From: a virus
Taxonomy: Duplodnaviria > Caudoviricetes
Virus record (IMG/VR): IMGVR_UViG_3300037510_000344
Location: 1 to 41,448 of that record
Reading direction: 5' to 3' (one strand)
DNA length: 41,448 bases
Positions 8,026 to 17,609 of this stretch are shown one piece after another. The notes beneath the pieces are model-generated. The model was not told the origin of the DNA and did not search any database. It saw nothing but the letters and a program-made list of their open reading frames with translations. Made by a program: the position numbers and the translations under genes. How positions within the stretch are numbered: the first letter of the stretch is position 1; every line of letters begins with the position of its first letter.

Positions 8026-10092
8026 ATGAGCGCAGTCCCTAAAACCATCAAAGTTCCCGCCAATCTCACGCGAGCCCGAGAAGGCGGAGTCGAGATGGTG
8101 GGGGAAGGAGAAAAGAAAGAGCTTCGCATCTCAATTTCCAGCGATACGCCGTATTTGCGGTATGATTGGTGGACCGATGAGGAGTATTACGAGGTACTGG
8201 ACCATTCGCCGGGAGGTTTTGAGGATGGGCGTCTCAAAAATGGAATGCCGATGCTGTATCAGCACGAGCGGAATAAGCATATCGGTCGAGCACGAAGCTT
8301 TTCTTCTGATGGTAAGCGAATCATGGTTTCGGACATCATTTGGAGCGAAAGCGATTTCGCGAAAGAGAAGCGTTCCGACATGGAAGCCGGCGTCCTGGTT
8401 GATACCAGCGTAGGGTATTCACTGATCGGCGAAGGCGAATGCATCGGGGCAAAAGACGGAATTCCGATCTATCGTTTCAAATGGGAACCACACGAGTTCT
8501 CGCTCGTCAGCATTCCTGCCGATTTCAGCGTAGGGGTTGGACGTGAAATGGACCCTGCAAAGCGCGAGGAATTGCAGAAAATGGAGTTCCGCGAGCTTAA
8601 AGTCTCAAAAATGATTGACTCTTCACAAAAAAGAGAGCATTCCCGCAAAAAAGAAACCGCTATGGCCGACGAAAACAATCCTACCCAGCAAATCGATGTT
8701 GTCGCCGAACGTGGCGATGCCGTGAAAGCCGAACGCGCTCGCGTCTCTGAAATTCAGAAGTACGCAAAGGCGTTCAATCAGAACGCCAAGCTCAAGACCC
8801 CACTCAATGATCTTGAGCGAACCGCCATCAATGAAGGGCACAGCTTCGACGATTTCCGGCAGGCGGTGATGGACAATTGGGAGTCGGCTACCAGGGTAGA
8901 AGGGGCGGACGCTGATCCGAATATCGGTATGAGCAAAAAGGAACGGCGTCAATTCTCGCTCGCAAAGGTCATGCTGGAAGCGGGTAGCGCCAAGGGGTTG
9001 ACTGGCCTCGAAAAGGCTGCGCACGAAGCCGCGGTCCAGAAGTACGCAAAGGACGGTCGCACCTTCGAAGGCGTTTGCATCCCGCACGACATGCAGGCCT
9101 CCCGCGTCGATGAAGACTGGGATATGAGCGCGCGCCAGATTCGAAATCTGGCCGAGAGCATGGAGAAAGATCAACACGTTTTGCTTGGTCGCTCCCTCAG
9201 CGCCTCGGTCTTCGGTTCCGGCGGCTTCCTCGTTGGCACTGACTTGCTGGCCGGCAGCTACATCGATTTTCTCCGAAACGTGACCCTGATCGGCAACGGC
9301 CCATTCGGCATCATCGAACTCGGCGGACTTGTTGGCAACGTCGCCATTCCGAAACAGAACAGCACTGCGACTGTATACTGGCTGGCGGAAGGGGCCCCGG
9401 TCAACGAATCGAACTTCACTGGCGGCCAGCTATATCTGACCCCACGGCGCATGGCGGTTCAAACGAACTTCACCAAGCAGCTTCTGGCGCAGAGCACGCC
9501 ATCGGTTGAAATGCTGGTCCGCAACGATATCGCGCTCGCGATGGGGGTCGAAGAAGATCGAGTCATTATCCAGGGCTCCGGCCTCAATGGTGAGCCGGTC
9601 GGCATCACGAACACGACCGGGGTTGGCGCCGATATCACTTTTGGTGGCGCCGCCACTTGGCAGGACATCGTTGATTTTGAGTACTACCTCGAAAACGCGA
9701 ACGTCCGCAGCGGCCAGATGGCGTTTCTCACCACGCCTCTCACCAAGTCTCGTCTGCGTGCCACTCTCAAAGTGGCTTCCAGCACCTTCCCGATTTACCT
9801 CTGGGAACAGGCCCGCGGCGAATATCCTCCGATCAATGGTTCGATGGGCGGCATCATGGGTGAAAGCCCAGCGTATGCCACCAAGAATGCGCCCAGCTCG
9901 AACGTGGTCATCTTCGGTGTGTTCAACAACAACGTGACCAAGGCTCGCTGGGCTGGCTTTGACCTCGTGGTTGATCCCTACACGGGCGCCGGCTCCGAAA
10001 CGATCAAGACCTACGTCAATCAGTGGATCGACGTGGCTATCCGCTATCCGCAGGCGTTCGAAGTCTCCACGGACGCTCCCGCTGCACCGTAA
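8026..10092 (+). CDS. Fused prohead protease and HK97-fold major capsid protein
   Basis: N-terminal protease motifs (LYQH, SVGY, WEPHEFSLVSIPAD..VGVGR); C-terminal capsid motifs (GGFLVGTD, IPKQ, WLAEG, LVRNDIA, PVGI, DPYT). Confidence 0.9.
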   Translation: MSAVPKTIKVPANLTRAREGGVEMVGEGEKKELRISISSDTPYLRYDWWTDEEYYEVLDHSPGGFEDGRLKNGMPMLYQHERNKHIGRARSFSSDGKRIMVSDIIWSESDFAKEKRSDMEAGVLVDTSVGYSLIGEGECIGAKDGIPIYRFKWEPHEFSLVSIPADFSVGVGREMDPAKREELQKMEFRELKVSKMIDSSQKREHSRKKETAMADENNPTQQIDVVAERGDAVKAERARVSEIQKYAKAFNQNAKLKTPLNDLERTAINEGHSFDDFRQAVMDNWESATRVEGADADPNIGMSKKERRQFSLAKVMLEAGSAKGLTGLEKAAHEAAVQKYAKDGRTFEGVCIPHDMQASRVDEDWDMSARQIRNLAESMEKDQHVLLGRSLSASVFGSGGFLVGTDLLAGSYIDFLRNVTLIGNGPFGIIELGGLVGNVAIPKQNSTATVYWLAEGAPVNESNFTGGQLYLTPRRMAVQTNFTKQLLAQSTPSVEMLVRNDIALAMGVEEDRVIIQGSGLNGEPVGITNTTGVGADITFGGAATWQDIVDFEYYLENANVRSGQMAFLTTPLTKSRLRATLKVASSTFPIYLWEQARGEYPPINGSMGGIMGESPAYATKNAPSSNVVIFGVFNNNVTKARWAGFDLVVDPYTGAGSETIKTYVNQWIDVAIRYPQAFEVSTDAPAAP
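8603..8643 (+). promoter_or_regulatory. Internal promoter with two palindromic boxes ahead of in-frame ATG 8662
   Basis: TTGACT (8615)-N17-CATTCC; boxes TCTCA-AAAA-TGATT (8603) and TCACA-AAAA-AGAGA (8623) in an A-rich linker. Confidence 0.5.
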
Positions 10093-10110
10093 TTCTGACG
10101 ATCCAAAACC

Positions 10111-10401
10111 ATGACTAAGAATCAACCGAAGTTCATCGAGGTCGTAGCGACCCACAATATCCGGGTCCGAAAGGAGCACTTCCTGAACGGCGATACCCCA
10201 CAGGGTTTCGAGCCCATCGAAGACACGCTCGTGATCCTTTTCCCGAAGGGCGAAACCGCCAAGATCCAGTTCAGCGCAGCCGCTGATCTGATTATCGGCG
10301 GATCGGCCCTTGATGCTCGCAAGCCCGAGAACGCTGCGGAAATCCGCCGCATCGTTGATGAGGTCAAATCCGTACAAACGAAACTGAAGAAAGCCGCCTG
10401 A
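10111..10401 (+). CDS. Hypothetical head-associated protein
   Basis: Directly downstream of the capsid gene; codon style like the structural genes. Confidence 0.6.
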   Translation: MTKNQPKFIEVVATHNIRVRKEHFLNGDTPQGFEPIEDTLVILFPKGETAKIQFSAAADLIIGGSALDARKPENAAEIRRIVDEVKSVQTKLKKAA

Positions 10402-10402
10402 T

Positions 10403-10798
10403 ATGATCATCGATACAGTCAATTCCCTGACCCGAGTCCAGGTCATCTACCCGGTCGGACAAGCAACCAGCACCCTCAACAGTCCGGCGATTGACCTTCA
10501 GTCGTACGACTTCGTTGGCGTGCCGCAGCTTATCTGCTCTTGCGGCCCGAAATCGGCAGGCGATGCCAACCCGACGTGGAACGCCTATTTCCTCAGCGGG
10601 GCCGACACGAACATCGCCAACGCGACCAACCTCAATATCGCGATCACGCAGGTGACCAACAGCAACAACGTGCAGTCGGTTGCGATGGACATTCGGGCCG
10701 TGCCCAATCGTTACCTTTTCGCCAAGTCGGTTGTTGCCGGAGTCAACGGCGTCGTGCCGGTTTCCATCGTTCTGGAAGGCACGAAGAAAGTTCAGTAA
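10403..10798 (+). CDS. Putative capsid decoration/cement protein
   Basis: 131 aa, beta-rich, last gene before the capsid-operon terminator. Confidence 0.5.
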   Translation: MIIDTVNSLTRVQVIYPVGQATSTLNSPAIDLQSYDFVGVPQLICSCGPKSAGDANPTWNAYFLSGADTNIANATNLNIAITQVTNSNNVQSVAMDIRAVPNRYLFAKSVVAGVNGVVPVSIVLEGTKKVQ

Positions 10799-10822
10799 AC
10801 ACGGGTGGTCGTTCATCGAATC

Positions 10823-10856
10823 GGGCGCCAGCTTTGCGAGAGCTGGCGCCCTTTTT
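10823..10856 (+). terminator. Intrinsic terminator of the capsid operon
   Basis: GGGCGCCAGCT/AGCTGGCGCCC stem followed by TTTTT. Confidence 0.85.
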
Positions 10857-10920
10857 CGTGTTTACGGGTAGAGCATCGGTGGGCTTGAGCGGATTCGGTG
10901 TGTCGGCTTCATTGCTTCCA

Positions 10921-12087
10921 ATGAACCCTGAAACCTACACCGACGAGCAGATCAACGAGGAACTCCACCAAATCGTTTGGATAACGAAGCTGGCAGGCAA
11001 CTGGCCCGCACTGGCATACCTCCTCCAGCAGCGCACAGCCAAGCCCGCGCCGTCCTTCCCTGCGCTGCCCCCGGGTGAGCGGTACAGCAATCCGCAGGGT
11101 TTTACGCCACAGTTAATCGAAGTAGAAAAAGGCTATCGGCCTGTGCTGGAATCGGAGCGAGCAACAATTGAGCACGAGTGCGCATGCTCGGGGCTGGAAT
11201 GGTCGGAAGGCGCCAAAGTCGATTTTACATTTGGCGAAATTAATTCGAATGCTCCGCGCTTCACCTACCGCACTCGCGCCCCATTGCCCGAGCACGTCCT
11301 GCGCTGGCAGGCGGAGCAGCAGAAGGCTGGGAATTTCAGGTCATTGACCGCAGAAGAACGGGCAGCACTGGACGAATTCACGATGAATGAGCTTTTGAAG
11401 AAAGGAGGTGATGCACCATGCCCCACTTCGACGAGCCAACGGGAACGGGGAAGTAACGCGGAGCCGAAGTCCGATCCCTCGGCATCCGCACTATTCCGCA
11501 TCACTGGGCCAGGGCTGTACCGGACGCGGGATGGGGGGAAGGCGGAGGTACGGCAATACTTTAATCCGCAAGAGTATGATTATCCTTGGAGGGGTATAAT
11601 TGGTGATGACCATGAATGCTGGGATAGCAACGGGACATGGGCCAAGTGGTTAACCGAATCTAGGTTGGACATCGTATCTGACTGGACTGAAGACCCCGCT
11701 CAGCCAACCGCCGTCGAAATCGACTGGAGCAAGGTGCCGGAGGTGTACGACTGGGTGGCATCGGACAAGGATGGATACGCCGTTGCCTATACCCAAAAAC
11801 CAGAAATCAGTTTGCTCACCGGACGTTGGCAGTCAAAGGAGCTATGGACTACCTTTCCGGGTGACTACGCCGCCCCCGACTGGACCAAATCCCTCGTCCA
11901 GCGCCCAGCACCGGAGCTTGTCATATCTACCGGGAAAGGATCTTTCCAAGACCCAATCCGAAGACTCCTCTGCATCGTGGCTGGAGCCGTATTGGAGGGA
12001 TGCGAGAATTTCGGTGGACCATTCCGGGAAAACTGCCAATGCCATTCCTGCGAAGGGTTCCGTATTTTATCTCAATTGGATCAATGA
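10921..12087 (+). CDS. Mosaic hypothetical protein (moron-like)
   Basis: Start moved to ATG 10921 (after the terminator, 36 nt after TTGAGC); contains small phage modules YRTRDGGKA...YPWRG and IDWSKVP...WVASDKDG. Confidence 0.65.
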   Translation: MNPETYTDEQINEELHQIVWITKLAGNWPALAYLLQQRTAKPAPSFPALPPGERYSNPQGFTPQLIEVEKGYRPVLESERATIEHECACSGLEWSEGAKVDFTFGEINSNAPRFTYRTRAPLPEHVLRWQAEQQKAGNFRSLTAEERAALDEFTMNELLKKGGDAPCPTSTSQRERGSNAEPKSDPSASALFRITGPGLYRTRDGGKAEVRQYFNPQEYDYPWRGIIGDDHECWDSNGTWAKWLTESRLDIVSDWTEDPAQPTAVEIDWSKVPEVYDWVASDKDGYAVAYTQKPEISLLTGRWQSKELWTTFPGDYAAPDWTKSLVQRPAPELVISTGKGSFQDPIRRLLCIVAGAVLEGCENFGGPFRENCQCHSCEGFRILSQLDQ

Positions 12088-12737
12088 AGCTTTTCATTCC
12101 ACTCATCGACAACGGCGGCGGCTCACTCCGCACCGGATTCGCCATGTCGCTTTTCATGGCCATGATCGAAAGCCGAACATTGGAGTACCGCATGGAAAGG
12201 TTCAGTGATTCCGCCATCAGCCGCGCGCGGAATCGAGCCGCGGCATCGTTCCTCGAAACGGACGGCGATTATCTGCTCTTCCTCGACGCTGACCTTTTCT
12301 TCGAACCGGAAGCACTGACCTTCATCAACGAAACGGACGAGCCGATCGTCTGCGGAATGTACTGCCTGAAGATGCCCGGCATGATTCCGTGCCTCAACGC
12401 GTATCCTGAAAGCGCCGGTCAGATGATCGAGGACGGACTTACCCCGGTTCGCCGCGCCGGCACAGGGTTTATGCGAATCAAGCGCGAGGTGTTCGAGGCG
12501 ATGAAAGCCGTATGTCCGGCCTATACTAATCACGGCAGAACCGAGTGGGATTTCTTCCCCTTCGGCGTTCGCAACGGTGAGTATCTCTCCGAGGATTGGG
12601 CCTTCTGCGATACTGCGCGGGATCTTGGCTACAAGGTGCAACTCGATGGCCGCATCAAACTCCGTCACGAGGGCTCATGCCTTTACCCGATGGACCACGA
12701 AATTGAGGCGGTGAACAAACGGGACAACGAGCTATGA
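12084..12737 (+). CDS. Glycosyltransferase-like protein (GT-A fold, GT2-like)
   Basis: ISRARN, YLLFLDAD (DxD), GTGFMRIKREVF, YLSEDWAFC. Confidence 0.75.
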   Translation: MKLFIPLIDNGGGSLRTGFAMSLFMAMIESRTLEYRMERFSDSAISRARNRAAASFLETDGDYLLFLDADLFFEPEALTFINETDEPIVCGMYCLKMPGMIPCLNAYPESAGQMIEDGLTPVRRAGTGFMRIKREVFEAMKAVCPAYTNHGRTEWDFFPFGVRNGEYLSEDWAFCDTARDLGYKVQLDGRIKLRHEGSCLYPMDHEIEAVNKRDNEL

Positions 12738-13408
12738 AACTCGTCATCTATTCCAACTGGTCAAAGGACATCGCCGACCTTTGCTCGGTCACGCATCCGA
12801 ATCATAAGGCCTACGCGGCTCGCCACGGCTACATGCGGGTTTGCGAAGAGGTGCCTTACGAGCAAGCGCCGATCGCTCTTTTTGATGCAGTGCTTCGGTT
12901 GTTCGAGGAAGGCGAACAACTGGTTCTAACGCACGGGGCAGATGTCCTTTTCATGGACATGCGGAAGAGGTTTGAAATTGCTCCGTTCTTTCCCAACCCG
13001 CATGGCTCCAGCATTCAAAACTGTTCTCCCTCGGAATATCGGTGGCCAGTAACGATTGCCCGCGAGGCGATCAGCTTTTGGCCGATCAACAACGACGTGA
13101 TGATCTGGAGGAAATGCGCTTCAAGCATCCAATTGCTTTCACGCCTCAAGTCGGACGAACAAATCTGGCGCCCCTACAAATGGCAGTGGCAAACCCACCT
13201 CTGGAACCTAATCCAAACCGAGCAATGGGTAAAACACTCTGTGAATATCGTCCCTGCTAGAACGATGAACTCCACGCACAAGGACGGGGAATCACGCTGG
13301 CAACTCGGAGATTTCATCATCCATTTCGTTGGGGAATCGAACCAAGAGAAGGCTCGACTGGCTAGGAAGTACGTGAAATACGCGGGGGATTGCACTTACC
13401 ATGAGTGA
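12734..13408 (+). CDS. Glycosyltransferase-like protein (GT34/MNN10-like)
   Basis: HKAYAARHGY, GADVLFMD, INNDVMIWR, WQLGDFIIHFVG. Confidence 0.65.
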   Translation: MKLVIYSNWSKDIADLCSVTHPNHKAYAARHGYMRVCEEVPYEQAPIALFDAVLRLFEEGEQLVLTHGADVLFMDMRKRFEIAPFFPNPHGSSIQNCSPSEYRWPVTIAREAISFWPINNDVMIWRKCASSIQLLSRLKSDEQIWRPYKWQWQTHLWNLIQTEQWVKHSVNIVPARTMNSTHKDGESRWQLGDFIIHFVGESNQEKARLARKYVKYAGDCTYHE

Positions 13409-13565
13409 CGCCAGATACCCAATCACCGCGCCAGTGGAGGAATGGGAGCTGCCATCGCGCACAATCCCGGACCGAATCCGAGACATTCGCCGCGAGCAAC
13501 GGCACCAAGAGGAAGCCGAAGAAGGCTTGTCGGTAAAACCAAAGAAAGGTACAGAGGAGCCATGA
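13401..13565 (+). CDS. 54-aa hypothetical protein
   Basis: Not in the ORF track; overlaps the upstream stop and has ATGA overlap with ATG 13562. Confidence 0.45.
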   Translation: MSDARYPITAPVEEWELPSRTIPDRIRDIRREQRHQEEAEEGLSVKPKKGTEEP

Positions 13566-13879
13566 GCACCATCACTGCTGCATTCTCAGGCCTCTACAAA
13601 GCCCAGGGCGCTAGTGTTGACGCACAGTATGAGGCGACCGTTGCAGGGACAACGGCGCGGTGTGTGGCGAGCGAAATCAACCTCGACGAGATCCTTGTTC
13701 CGGGCGGAACGGCGAATCGCGGCGGATGGTTGCTCCAGATGTTCCGATCCGACTTCGCCGAGATTCCGCCAAAGTTTTCGGATGTGACTTTCCAAGGGCG
13801 CAGCCTCAAGGTGGCGAGCGTGAACGAAAACAACGGCGTGCTCTACGTCACGGCATATGATCCAGCGTCGAGAATCTGA
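13562..13879 (+). CDS. Putative head closure / head-tail joining protein (gpFII-like)
   Basis: 105 aa, beta-rich C-terminus VTFQGRSLKVASV; position. Confidence 0.5.
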   Translation: MSTITAAFSGLYKAQGASVDAQYEATVAGTTARCVASEINLDEILVPGGTANRGGWLLQMFRSDFAEIPPKFSDVTFQGRSLKVASVNENNGVLYVTAYDPASRI

Positions 13880-14057
13880 GGAGCAAAAAGCTTTCCTGAA
13901 AACTTTGCGGTGTCACTTTGCGGTGGATGAAAAAGGCGGCAAGTATTGGCTGCCAAGGTGTATGGGAGGAGCTGTTTACGGGAAAGGTCAATGCACTTGC
14001 GATTCAATGGAAAATTTCAAACGGGAATCCCGAAGGAATGTATGGGTGCTGTTTTGA
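13857..14057 (+). CDS. Small Cys-rich hypothetical protein
   Basis: ORF track; CMGGAVYG..QCTC. Confidence 0.45.
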   Translation: MIQRRESEEQKAFLKTLRCHFAVDEKGGKYWLPRCMGGAVYGKGQCTCDSMENFKRESRRNVWVLF

Positions 14058-14065
14058 AACCAACT

Positions 14066-14122
14066 TCTCGTTAATGAGAAACTGAGCTTGCCAAACTGAG
14101 AACGGGCGCAATACTGCGCGAC
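14066..14122 (+). promoter_or_regulatory. Promoter with palindromic box TCTCG-TTAA-TGAGA (14066-14079)
   Basis: TTGCCA at 14088, AATACT -10-like element, ATG 35 nt after the -35. Confidence 0.55.
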
Positions 14123-14479
14123 ATGGCTACCGTTTCAGTCTCCGCATCTCTCAAGTTGTCCGGCGCCGGTCAGGTTGACCAGCTTTCGGGGTCGCTGGCT
14201 GTAACGCCTGTCGGAACTGATTCGACCTTCGCGACTCAGACCATTGGAACCAGCTCTGAACTCGTCGTGATGGGGGATGTGACCACGATTGGCTACTTCA
14301 TGGTGAAGAACAACGACGAGACCAATTTCGTGCTGATCGACAACGTGACCAGCTTCGACAACTGGCCGCAGAAGCTTTTGCCGGGGCAGTTCATCCTGCT
14401 GAAGCCTCAGGCAGCCACGATCTACGCCAAGGCCGACACGGCGTCCTGCCAGATCGCCTACGGAGCCGTTGAGGTCTAG
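14123..14479 (+). CDS. Putative virion structural protein
   Basis: Beta-rich 118 aa in the neck/tail region. Confidence 0.55.
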   Translation: MATVSVSASLKLSGAGQVDQLSGSLAVTPVGTDSTFATQTIGTSSELVVMGDVTTIGYFMVKNNDETNFVLIDNVTSFDNWPQKLLPGQFILLKPQAATIYAKADTASCQIAYGAVEV

Positions 14480-14482
14480 GCC

Positions 14483-14932
14483 ATGGCCTCTATCGAGGTC
14501 GATGCCGAGACGGTCATCATTGCCGTCCTGAACGCGTGGCCGGCCTTTACGGCGCTTAATTTGCCGGCGGTTCACTACACCACGACGGACGACGAGGCAC
14601 AGTCGGACCGGGTGGTTGTCGAGTGCATGACGCCATCTCCAGCGGCGCGCAACGGGAAGGGCTCAAAGGTGCTCGTTTGGAACGCGCTGGTCAGTATTCA
14701 AGGATTCATTATAACGCGCACCGATCCGCCCAACCTCATGTCACAAGCCGTTAGCGCCATCGAGGCCGCGCTTCAGAGTCCGACTGATTCGAGCGTGATT
14801 GCGCTGGCTGCATCTCTGTTTCCGAACGGCATCGAGATCCGAGTCCCGACCGATGAGGAGCGCCAAAACGACTACCAGGACACGCAAAGGTTTTCGAGGA
14901 CGTACGGCTTCTGGATCGAGAGAGACAATTAG
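14483..14932 (+). CDS. Putative tail terminator (gpU-like)
   Basis: 149 aa acidic protein just before the tail tube candidate. Confidence 0.45.
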   Translation: MASIEVDAETVIIAVLNAWPAFTALNLPAVHYTTTDDEAQSDRVVVECMTPSPAARNGKGSKVLVWNALVSIQGFIITRTDPPNLMSQAVSAIEAALQSPTDSSVIALAASLFPNGIEIRVPTDEERQNDYQDTQRFSRTYGFWIERDN

Positions 14933-14935
14933 GGC

Positions 14936-14970
14936 TTGCCTTTCCTCACATTTGAGAGAAAACCCCTCTC
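14936..14970 (+). promoter_or_regulatory. Promoter with palindromic box CCTCA-CATT-TGAGA (14944-14957)
   Basis: TTGCCT at 14936, ATG exactly 35 nt later. Confidence 0.55.
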
Positions 14971-15126
14971 ATGCCTGCCGAGTCTAATTCACCTCTGAGA
15001 AAAGAAGCAGAGAAGCGAGTTGATCACGCCAAAAGCGTCCTGACTCGGAAGCTCGGTGAATCCGTCAAGGCGCGCTGGCAGAAACGGCTGCGTGATGCCG
15101 AAATGAAGCTCAAAACTCTCTCCTGA
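14971..15126 (+). CDS. 51-aa basic helical protein
   Basis: Not in the ORF track; open from ATG 14971 to TGA 2 nt before the next ATG. Confidence 0.55.
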   Translation: MPAESNSPLRKEAEKRVDHAKSVLTRKLGESVKARWQKRLRDAEMKLKTLS

Positions 15127-15128
15127 TT

Positions 15129-15497
15129 ATGCTCGTACTCGTCAACCTTGATGGGTTTCAACCCGGCGTCGAAGAAGATGAAACTGGCATCAACATCCAG
15201 AGTTTTACGGTGCGCTACTTCCCGGAGCGCAAGGTGAAGGTGCCGAACAAGCAGGGGGAAACGCTTGGCTTCGCGGTCAGCGAACTACCCTCGACCGACA
15301 TCACGCTGAACGGCCACGTCACTGGGACCGATGGACTCATGGATACCACTTTTGCGGTTGCCTACGCGTTCGCCAACGACACGAACGAATTCAACCAGAC
15401 TGGCGGAACCTACATCGATGAGAACACCGTCACGCAGACTGCGGAAGGTTTGCGTATGCTGGACGCTCGAGCCTCTTCGAATCCGCTGGTGCCCTAA
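15129..15497 (+). CDS. Putative tail tube protein
   Basis: Acidic, Thr/Gly-rich 122 aa upstream of the tail assembly chaperone. Confidence 0.5.
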   Translation: MLVLVNLDGFQPGVEEDETGINIQSFTVRYFPERKVKVPNKQGETLGFAVSELPSTDITLNGHVTGTDGLMDTTFAVAYAFANDTNEFNQTGGTYIDENTVTQTAEGLRMLDARASSNPLVP

Positions 15498-15560
15498 GCT
15501 TTGCGCCTCTAAGGCGCCCCACGAGTCCCCGGCAAGCTCTGAACCGGTTTTTCTAAATCT

Positions 15561-15788
15561 ATGCTTAAGTTGGTAAAATGTGAGGACCTCCCCTTTGGTG
15601 TCAGGGAATATAAAGGTCTCAGGGGATTTCCAGAGGGGAAAACGCGCGTTCGGATGCGCGCTGGACAATTCGCCAAAGTCTTTGTGAAAACAGAGAACGG
15701 CGTTCGTGAATTCACTCCAACGATCTCCGCGGACGGATATTTGGTATGTGATTCGAACTTGGAGATGGGGAACAACCAGCATCTTTAA
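15561..15788 (+). CDS. Hypothetical protein
   Basis: ORF track; fills the intergenic space. Confidence 0.4.
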   Translation: MLKLVKCEDLPFGVREYKGLRGFPEGKTRVRMRAGQFAKVFVKTENGVREFTPTISADGYLVCDSNLEMGNNQHL

Positions 15789-15792
15789 TCCG

Positions 15793-16314
15793 ATGGCACG
15801 TCAGAAAATCTACTATCACACGCAAGACGTTGCGCTGGCCTACGCGCTGGTGCAGGCGGGTGAACAGTTCAAAGGCCTGAAGAACGTCTACGACGACAAG
15901 AAACTTCGCCAACTCGGCTGTGAATCGGTTCGGGAAGCGTTCGAAAAGAACAAACACGGGCAAGTGTTTTTCTTCTTCGTAGATTCCGAATCACTGCGCA
16001 AAGTCGAGAAAGGTTTCCGCGAGAAGGAGGCCGAGATTGGGCGCAAAGAATACAAGCCAGAAGACCTCCCGATTGAGCCTGAACAGTTCGGACGGCTCGC
16101 CTGCGGCCTTCTCTCCGATCTGAAACCCTTCCAGACGCTCTGGACCAAGTATCCCGGCCTATACGCCCAACCCGGAGACACCCGAACGGACTTTGACCCC
16201 GACATGCCGAAGTACATCGGCAGCACCGAAAAATTCGGCCAGAAAACGATTACGGGGGCAACTTTCATTTCCCACAAGGCCAGTGCCGCAACCAAGGAGG
16301 CGATGGGAGTATGA
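15793..16314 (+). CDS. Hypothetical protein
   Basis: ATG 15793; ATGA overlap with the chaperone gene. Confidence 0.65.
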   Translation: MARQKIYYHTQDVALAYALVQAGEQFKGLKNVYDDKKLRQLGCESVREAFEKNKHGQVFFFFVDSESLRKVEKGFREKEAEIGRKEYKPEDLPIEPEQFGRLACGLLSDLKPFQTLWTKYPGLYAQPGDTRTDFDPDMPKYIGSTEKFGQKTITGATFISHKASAATKEAMGV

Positions 16315-16799
16315 GCATCGAACTTCCCGACCAGCAGAAGGAGCCGGAAGACCTTGCCGGAGTCCATCATTTCGCGGGTCAAAAGCTGGAGCCGTGGACC
16401 TTCGACCGTGAAGCCGCCTTCTTCCGCCTCGGCATCAACCTCAACGATGAGTTTGAGTCCAGCGTGGCAATGATCTTCCTTTGCACGCTGAATGAGGAAC
16501 GCACCTCGTTCGACCTGACCGGCAAAGATGTCGAGGAAGGCAAAGGTTGCCGTGGCATCGACTTCATCGACTTTGCGCGCGGTACTGGCGTCCTTGTGTT
16601 CCGGCGCAAGATGGCTGAATGGGCATCGTCGCAACGCATCTCGGCGTTCAAGTCAAAAGGGAAGTCTCAGGAGGTCGTGGATGTGGCCAGCGCCATTTTG
16701 AGGGAGGTGCAAGCTTCCGAGTTCGAGCCGGTGCCAGATCCGAAAGCGCCGAAGGCAAAAAAAAAGACCGCGGTCCCGGTGAAAGAGCCGAGTACCTAG
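16311..16799 (+). CDS. Tail assembly chaperone (gpG-like)
   Basis: Upstream of the tape measure region; in-frame slippery A-AAA-AAG at 16760-16766. Confidence 0.65.
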   Translation: MSIELPDQQKEPEDLAGVHHFAGQKLEPWTFDREAAFFRLGINLNDEFESSVAMIFLCTLNEERTSFDLTGKDVEEGKGCRGIDFIDFARGTGVLVFRRKMAEWASSQRISAFKSKGKSQEVVDVASAILREVQASEFEPVPDPKAPKAKKKTAVPVKEPST

Positions 16800-16960
16800 C
16801 GAGCGTTTCCCGTATGATCAAAGCCGACCCCGACTATATCCGCTGGAAACTCCCGCTGTGTGTCGGGAATCAGCTTATTGCGGTCATGTGGCGATGGGAC
16901 CGAGTTCCGATCCAGAAGCGAACGATTCGAGCCAACAGAAAGGACCGCCTCAATGGCTGA
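16757..16960 (+). other. -1 programmed frameshift extension (gpGT-like)
   Basis: A9G run; the -1 frame is open to 16960 (YLASVSRMIKADPDYIRWKLPL). Confidence 0.65.
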
Positions 16961-17606
16961 CGGCCTGACCTTCAAGTTCGACAGTTCGAAGCTCTCACGT
17001 GTGTTGAGCGCACATGCGCGCGCCTCTCAATCCGTCTTCTCACGGTCCCTAAACCGCTTTATGAAGAACGTGGCATGGAAAGCGTACCAACTCACGCGTG
17101 TTCGCAGTGCTGGGGAAATCGAGTCGCTGCTGAAGCAAGACAAGTTGGCGCTTCGAATCGTTACCGCGGCATTGAAACGACGCGCTGGCACGTTCAAGCG
17201 GGACAAGGAAGGCAACATCAAGAGCACGAAGAAGGGGAAACAAATGGTGTGGGGTCGAGTGACTCGAAAGCAGATTGCGGCTGGCGCTCGCAGATTGATC
17301 GCAAAACGCAAATCCGCTTCGGGCTACGTGCGTCTCGGCTGGGCACCCATCATCAACGATTTCGGCGGTCATATCGGAGGAAGGGCGGGGGGTGCAGCGG
17401 GCAAAAGCTTCGGCCAGATCGCGAAGCCTGATCATTTGGAGGCGTTGATGGAAAACTTCGTCACAACCCTCATGGATGGCAAGGCAGGCCCCAAGACGCG
17501 CGCCGAGGTGGATCAGGCACTTGTGAGCGCCGTAGACAGTCAAGTCGATGACATGGTAAAATGGGCCACCGCGCGGATCGGCGACGCGTGGCTCAAACAA
17601 TTCTGA
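16953..17606 (+). CDS. Basic tail completion/neck protein (gpZ or HK97 gp10-like)
   Basis: Very Lys/Arg-rich helical protein starting MADGLTFKFDSSKL. Confidence 0.5.
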   Translation: MADGLTFKFDSSKLSRVLSAHARASQSVFSRSLNRFMKNVAWKAYQLTRVRSAGEIESLLKQDKLALRIVTAALKRRAGTFKRDKEGNIKSTKKGKQMVWGRVTRKQIAAGARRLIAKRKSASGYVRLGWAPIINDFGGHIGGRAGGAAGKSFGQIAKPDHLEALMENFVTTLMDGKAGPKTRAEVDQALVSAVDSQVDDMVKWATARIGDAWLKQF

Positions 17607-17609
17607 CCA

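Noticed and set aside
8755-9052. 16-bp repeat CAGAAGTACGCAAAGG
   Set aside because: Both copies encode QKYAK in the scaffold region; no evidence of a separate function
2908-10446. Long antisense ORFs (e.g. 2908-3768, 5324-6178, 9430-10446)
   Set aside because: Shadows of well-supported + strand terminase, adaptor and capsid genes in GC-rich DNA; no motifs
10540-10920. N-terminal extension of the 515-aa ORF
   Set aside because: Overlaps another gene and crosses a strong terminator; ATG 10921 fits better
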